Below, piece by piece: positions 59,252 through 64,000 of a stretch of DNA of 64,000 nucleotides. Positions within the stretch are counted from its first letter, which is position 1. Every line of letters begins with the position of its first letter. Under the pieces are notes generated by a model. It did no database searches, was not told the DNA's origin, and saw only the letters and a program-made list of their open reading frames with translations. The DNA lies in NCBI GenBank assembly GCA_964549615.1, contig CAZJVP010000051.1, positions 32,001-96,000 on the forward strand. The letters are read 5' to 3'. Position numbers and translations under genes: made by a program. This DNA comes from an uncultured Thermococci archaeon (lineage in GTDB: Archaea; CAYQAE01; CAYVLA01).

Positions 59252-59914
59252 TCAACTATGAGGAACCTGTTCAGCGACGGATAGAGCGAGGGCCTCCACC
59301 TGCTCCATGCTCATCTCAGTACTCGCCACGATCTGGTATAGCAGGTCTCCGGCTTGGAAGGTGGCTTGCTTATTCATGTTGCTGTGGGAGAGCATGACCT
59401 CGTGCCCCGCCATCGACTTTACTTCTGCGTAGGGGATCTCGTTTTGCTCGGCCCTAGCCACGATGTCTGCGACGCCTGGGCCGGTGTATGGCCGGGACAC
59501 CAGAAGGAAGAAGCCCCCGCTGTCGCACACTTGCCATATCTCGCCATCCTCATCCAGTTTGCCGGGGCAGTATATGAGGACCACATGTCGCCCCAACTCG
59601 CCAATGCTGACCCGGACGTCCGCCAAGCGGAGGCTCCCTGGGATGCTACGCGGGACGGGGATCGGAAACCCCATCTTGGTTACGGCGTCTTTGAGGCTTA
59701 CGCTCTGTCCCCACAACACCTTGATCGGTGCATACGGCTGCTGGATGCCGAGAGGCCCAGCCGAAGTCGCCCTCTGGCCATCTGCCCTCTTCTCGTTGAG
59801 GAAGTAGGCGGTGAGGCCCACCAAGGTTCCCATCAGGGCTCCGGCTGCAACAACCAAGGCCAAAGCCCTCCAGCCAACCACCCCTTCAAGCATCCTTGCA
59901 GTCTTTCCATACAC
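59252..59914 (-). CDS. Membrane-anchored protein with DUF4367-like extracellular domain
   Basis: N-terminal TM; SLKDAVTKMGFPIPVPRSIP; C-terminal EQVEALALSV. Confidence 0.6.
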   Translation of the reverse strand: MYGKTARMLEGVVGWRALALVVAAGALMGTLVGLTAYFLNEKRADGQRATSAGPLGIQQPYAPIKVLWGQSVSLKDAVTKMGFPIPVPRSIPGSLRLADVRVSIGELGRHVVLIYCPGKLDEDGEIWQVCDSGGFFLLVSRPYTGPGVADIVARAEQNEIPYAEVKSMAGHEVMLSHSNMNKQATFQAGDLLYQIVASTEMSMEQVEALALSVAEQVPHS

Positions 59915-59934
59915 CGTAGTGCATCCCTCCAGGG

Positions 59935-60605
59935 TCAGGGTCCGTGGCAATAGAACTCGTGGCTCGGACCTGAGGCGGGAACTCTTTGTAGTTGGCAAGG
60001 CGGGTCCGCGTGGTCCCAGTTCGTCGAGAAATACCAATGGTTCAGCCCCGCCCCTGCATACTTAAGATTCCACCAGTGGTACTCCATCTGGTTCTGGTTG
60101 TCGTGTGATTCGCACTGGGCAGAGGGGACCCCGTTCCTCAACGGAAAGTTGTATCTCGTGTTGTACACGTTTCCGTCGATGGGCGCATACCACGGCCCAT
60201 TGGGGTAATACCCCCTCGTTGTGTAGATCTTGAACTCATGATTGGTGCCGACGGGGTCATCGTTGCACCTATGGAATCCATACACCCCATTTTCGGTCCA
60301 GTCAAAGTAATAGTGCACCTGGGGGTAGAAGGCTTCCCTATAGGGGATCTTCCCCTGATGTTGCCCGATCTGATACCAGTCCCCGTTGGCCATGGTGATC
60401 GTCACGAAGGAGGCGACACCGCTCCAATCTGGTTCATAGACGATGTTGTTTTGAGCAATCACTTGGTATCCCTCGACTCCGTAGCTCTGGTCGCATGCTT
60501 CTCCAAGGCAAACCCACCAGCCTCCTTTCACGGCGAGCACGGTTACGATGGACGCAAAGCAAATGCTGCCGCCGAAGCCGCAAAGAGCTGAAACAACCTC
60601 GTCAC
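59935..60605 (-). pseudogene. Secreted beta-rich protein with frameshifted signal peptide
   Basis: GTG at 60605 opens a hydrophobic signal that stops in frame; the 201-aa body continues in another frame. Confidence 0.5.
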
Positions 60606-60645
60606 ATATCCCACCCGCCAGAAGTTTCCCTCCCTCTCCTTATGA

Positions 60646-61660
60646 ATGTTCCGGCCGGTGGAGAAAGAAGAAGTAGAAAAGGTGCTCATGTGCAGGGACT
60701 ATGCCCAGGGACACACAACCTACGACTGTCCCAAGTGTGGCCGCATCACTATCGTACCCTTCACGTGTAAGAGCCGCCTATCCTCGGCCTGTGGGAAGAA
60801 ACACACCGACAGATGGGCAGACAAGGTCAGCGCCGAGCTTCTGGAGGTAGCCCATCGGCACATGGTCTTCACCACACCAGACAAGCTCTGGCCCCACCTG
60901 GAACAACACCGATGGCTACTCAAGGACGTCATGGACACGGTCAAAACAGCGCTGGAGGAGGTGGTAAACCACAGGTGGAAAGCCCTCCAGATAGTCCCAG
61001 GGATAATCAAGTCCTCCACACCTATGGCAGGGAATTCAAGTTCAACCCCCACATCCAGGCCATAGTGACGGACGGGGACTCAGAGAAAGGGACTAGTACG
61101 GCGGGGAGAGGCGGATGGATGTCAACTTCTTTCCCTACGAGAAGCTGAGAAAGGTGTGGCAGCACCAGCTGGTCACAGGGATCAGGGAGAAACTCCCCCA
61201 CGACAAGGAGCTGCACAGCCTCCTGGACCAGCTCTACAGGGAGAAGGAGAACGGATTCTACGTCTACGCCAAGAGAAGGATCGAAGGCAAGGAGAAGGAG
61301 TTCATCTGCAGATACGTCGCAAGGTACGTCCGCCACCCAGCCATAGCTGAAACCCGAATAAACAGCTACAACCCGCACACCAGGATGGTCGAGTTCTGGT
61401 ACAGACACGACGACGACACGGAAACAGTGAGCATGCACGTCTACGAGCTCATAGGCAAGCTCATAGGACACATACCACCTAGACAGTTCAAGACGATAAG
61501 GTACTACGGCCTGTACGCCAGGAACAAGAAGAGAAAGATCCAAGATGTGCTGATTGTAGCTCACATTCTCATGAATGTTTCGCTACGAGTAGCGCCACGA
61601 GCGACGGGCGAGAAAAGTATAAATGGGGCCCTGTCTAAAGGCAAGACGGAGGGAGAATGA
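60646..61660 (+). mobile_element. Decayed IS91-family (Y2/HUH rolling-circle) transposase
   Basis: CPKC..PFTCKSR..ACG zinc domain, HRHMVFT, LHTYG..FNPHIQ, YVARYVRHP, HIPP..FKTIRYYGLYA; frameshifts near 61010 and 61110. Confidence 0.88.
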
Positions 61661-61995
61661 TGCAGCGCAGAATCTGGGCCTTCTTAGGCATCGGCATCCT
61701 AGCCTTCAGCCTCTCGTGTACCGTGTGGCTTCTCTGGTCGCGGAACCTCATTCTGCCAGAAGCTAGGGTCGAACTGATAAGGTGGGGCGATGGGGTCCGG
61801 GTGATTTGGACAGCGGAAGAACCGGGGACCGTCCTGTGGGTTAAGGGAACTGGGAACTATCCGAGACATCATCCCCCCAGCACATCGGGAGAGTCCTACG
61901 ATTTTCCCGGCCCCGCCCTCATACCGGACAGATTCATAGTCTGCACCCGCATAGGGAACAGCGTGAGATACGAGATCCACAGCCTGCATGAGTGA
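61657..61995 (+). CDS. Small membrane-anchored hypothetical protein
   Basis: GGAG ribosome-binding site, ATG, N-terminal TM. Confidence 0.55.
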   Translation: MMQRRIWAFLGIGILAFSLSCTVWLLWSRNLILPEARVELIRWGDGVRVIWTAEEPGTVLWVKGTGNYPRHHPPSTSGESYDFPGPALIPDRFIVCTRIGNSVRYEIHSLHE

Positions 61996-62004
61996 GGAAG
62001 AAGG

Positions 62005-62018
62005 AAAAAAAGAAAAAA
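62005..62018 (-). terminator. Oligo-T terminator downstream of 62042..62707
   Basis: Minus-strand TTTTTTCTTTTTTT about 25 nt after the stop codon. Confidence 0.55.
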
Positions 62019-62041
62019 GGAGGTTCACGTTATCCGTTGGC

Positions 62042-62707
62042 CTACCAAGTGACGTAGATTCCGTTAGACTGTATGTCGCAGTCCACCTCTGCCCACGCAT
62101 CGTCGCCCGATACTTTGTTCTCCGACTTTGTCTGCACATACACAGAACAGTCAATTATGGTGAACGTCGCTTGGATCGCCCACGGGCCATCGCACGCGAT
62201 ATCCACTTGGAACCATCCGTTGCCATCCGGACCCTCATTCTCTAAGTGTGTGTGATACTGCCCGCTGGTACATATCTGTCCATCGAAAGTATAGGTCTTC
62301 TCGTAGGTCTTGCTGTCTCGGTTATCCATCACCTTGAAGTGAACCTTGACATGGTAGCTTCCCCATCCCTGACCATCGGCCTGCAACGTAACCGGACCGG
62401 AAAAGTCGAACTCTGCATAGAGCGCTGCTCCGTTGCCTACCGGGTCCAAGAGAGAGCCGACTGTAATCGAGTCATAGTAGAATGTGTGGTACGACGACAG
62501 TTCTCTCAGGTTGTTCTCGCTCGGATACGGTTCGACATACTCGTAGGAGTTCGACGATGTCAGACTGCCATCGCCGTAACCGGGGTCGTACACGAACCAA
62601 TCTGCGCTGACGCCCGTGGAATAGAATCGGTCGCTGCCCGCAAACACGAGGACGGCTGAAACGAGGATAATGAGGTACGCTGCCAGAAACTTGTCATTTC
62701 TCTTCAA
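62042..62707 (-). CDS. Secreted beta-sandwich hypothetical protein
   Basis: GGAGGTG ribosome-binding site, TTG start, signal peptide, Tyr/Asp/Ser-rich; visibly lower GC than the core. Confidence 0.7.
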   Translation of the reverse strand: MKRNDKFLAAYLIILVSAVLVFAGSDRFYSTGVSADWFVYDPGYGDGSLTSSNSYEYVEPYPSENNLRELSSYHTFYYDSITVGSLLDPVGNGAALYAEFDFSGPVTLQADGQGWGSYHVKVHFKVMDNRDSKTYEKTYTFDGQICTSGQYHTHLENEGPDGNGWFQVDIACDGPWAIQATFTIIDCSVYVQTKSENKVSGDDAWAEVDCDIQSNGIYVTW

Positions 62708-63088
62708 AACTTACACCTCCTTTACAGTTTGTACGAATAGCGGAGGTGCAAGACAGACGAAGATCCGGACCAGCGCACTAACCCGTAACACTTATAGAAC
62801 GCCGCAGCCCTCTCTATGCGGGCCTGAATTCCGGTTCTACTCATCGGTGATGCACGCTCCGATTGTCCCGCAGCCCAAACTGCGGGACTAGGGCCGGACA
62901 GGAAACCCTATCCGGCTTTCCTACTTTTTTTGGCAGCCGCAGCCGATCAGAGCAGTCTCAAGCCCCTCATCATTCGCAGCCATCCCAGCACGATCGACAG
63001 CACATGTGTGCCCAAGGCGGCATCGGCCATCTCGGCTTAAAGCCGTCTCTTTACCCTCTCCTTGCTGAGACTTGTCCAGATCGCTCAT

Positions 63089-63136
63089 TGTGACTGTGAC
63101 TGTGACTGTGACTGTGACTGTGACTGTGACTGTGAC
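63089..63136. repeat. Microsatellite (TGTGAC)x8
   Basis: Eight perfect hexamer units. Confidence 0.97.
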
Positions 63137-63221
63137 GGTATCGTGGCGGATTGTGCCCAATCCGACAGTCGTGTATGGTACCTCATGGGCACAAGTGGTA
63201 GCGAATCCCCCACCAATGCAG

Positions 63222-63398
63222 CCCTCACGTGGAGGCCCGGGAAGGCGATGACCAGCTGCTTGCTCCCGCTGAATGCGTCCCTGATCACTAGTTCATCTTG
63301 GAGGCATCGATCTTCGCATCGACGAAGCTCCTGACGACCTTGCTGCCCTTGAACCCGGAGAGGCGCTCGGACACGATTCTAAGCAGGTGTCCTTCCAT
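63222..63398 (-). pseudogene. Truncated, frameshifted 5' fragment of a second nei-like gene
   Basis: MEGHLLRIVSERLSGFKGSKVVRSF then, in another frame, VIRDAFSGSKQLVIAFPGLHVR; collinear with the start of 57161..57898. Confidence 0.8.
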
Positions 63399-63544
63399 GG
63401 CCATCCCCTGGCCAGCGGTTTGAGATTTCCTCCTCCTTCAGGGCGCCTGCGCCAAAGCCCAAGGCGGTCTCGGGCACGGCGGAAAGGCATTAGGGGAGCA
63501 GGGAGCAAGACAACGTATTTAGCCAGTCCGCCCGATGATGGGCC

Positions 63545-63976
63545 ATGGCAAGATGTCCCTTCTGCGAGATAAGCTCCGGAGAGGCCCCGGCTAGCATCGT
63601 GTACCAGGATGCGGCTGTGATGGCCTTCATGGACCTGCGCCCGGCCAATGCCGGCCATGTCTTGGTCATCCCCAGGAAGCACTGGGAAACCATACACGAG
63701 ATCCCGGACTCAACCCTGGTCGACATCTTCAGGGTGGCGAAAAGGGTGGCTGGTGCGGTCAAGGAGGCCGTCAGCGCCGAGGGCATCAACGTCGTACAGA
63801 GCAACGGCCGGGCAGCGTACCAGATGGTGAACCACCTTCACGTGCACGTCATACCGAGATTCCAGGGAGATGCTATATCCAAGACGGTCCAGGCCGTTCT
63901 GGCGTCGCTGGAGTTTGACGTCGCACAGAGAGAGGACTTGGACGAGGTGGCCGAGCTTATCAGAAGGTCTCTCTGA
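63545..63976 (+). CDS. HIT family nucleotide hydrolase (copy 2)
   Basis: HLHVH triad; 20 differences over 143 aa versus copy 1 (manual count). Confidence 0.93.
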   Translation: MARCPFCEISSGEAPASIVYQDAAVMAFMDLRPANAGHVLVIPRKHWETIHEIPDSTLVDIFRVAKRVAGAVKEAVSAEGINVVQSNGRAAYQMVNHLHVHVIPRFQGDAISKTVQAVLASLEFDVAQREDLDEVAELIRRSL

Positions 63977-64000
63977 CGGATTGCCTAGGCGGACCACAGC

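Noticed and set aside
60646-61660. Programmed frameshifting or BHB mRNA introns explaining the transposase frameshifts
   Set aside because: No slippery run or BHB fold at the junctions; truncations and motif decay indicate a pseudogene.
62921-63334. ORFs with TVTV, CDCD or SQSQ repeats
   Set aside because: They are translations of the microsatellite with no start signals or homology.

Overview
GC-rich archaeal chromosomal window. The archaeal assignment rests on rps8e, FAU-1, a FEN1-like nuclease, DUF373, TATA boxes and tRNA introns with bulge-helix-bulge (BHB) splice motifs. The first ~25 kb is mostly housekeeping: a transaldolase-like gene, apt, leuCDB, FAU-1, rps8e and a HisI-PyrE fusion. 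Next come an archaeosortase/exosortase with a divergent candidate substrate, a glycogen/alpha-glucan cluster (~30.6-39.2 kb) and a sugar-scavenging region (~39.4-56 kb: murQ, several glycoside-hydrolase-like genes, pseudogenes, a B3-type metallo-beta-lactamase fold). The end holds a ~5 kb accessory island with a decayed IS91-family transposase between two diverged nei/hit cassettes. The strongest signal is not in the ORF track: four tRNA genes, all interrupted, with seven insertions in total. These are a triple-intron tRNA-Pro(UGG), a double-intron tRNA-Ala(CGC) that reads as Pro(UGG) when unspliced, a tRNA-Ile(GAU) with a 22-nt non-canonical insertion, and a tRNA-Phe(GAA) with a canonical intron. 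Also notable: an expanded family of membrane-anchored GATase-like surface proteins with a conserved TM-RRxYxEV tail, and a 36-36-36 repeat-spacer-repeat element. All calls were made by eye, with no database searches.
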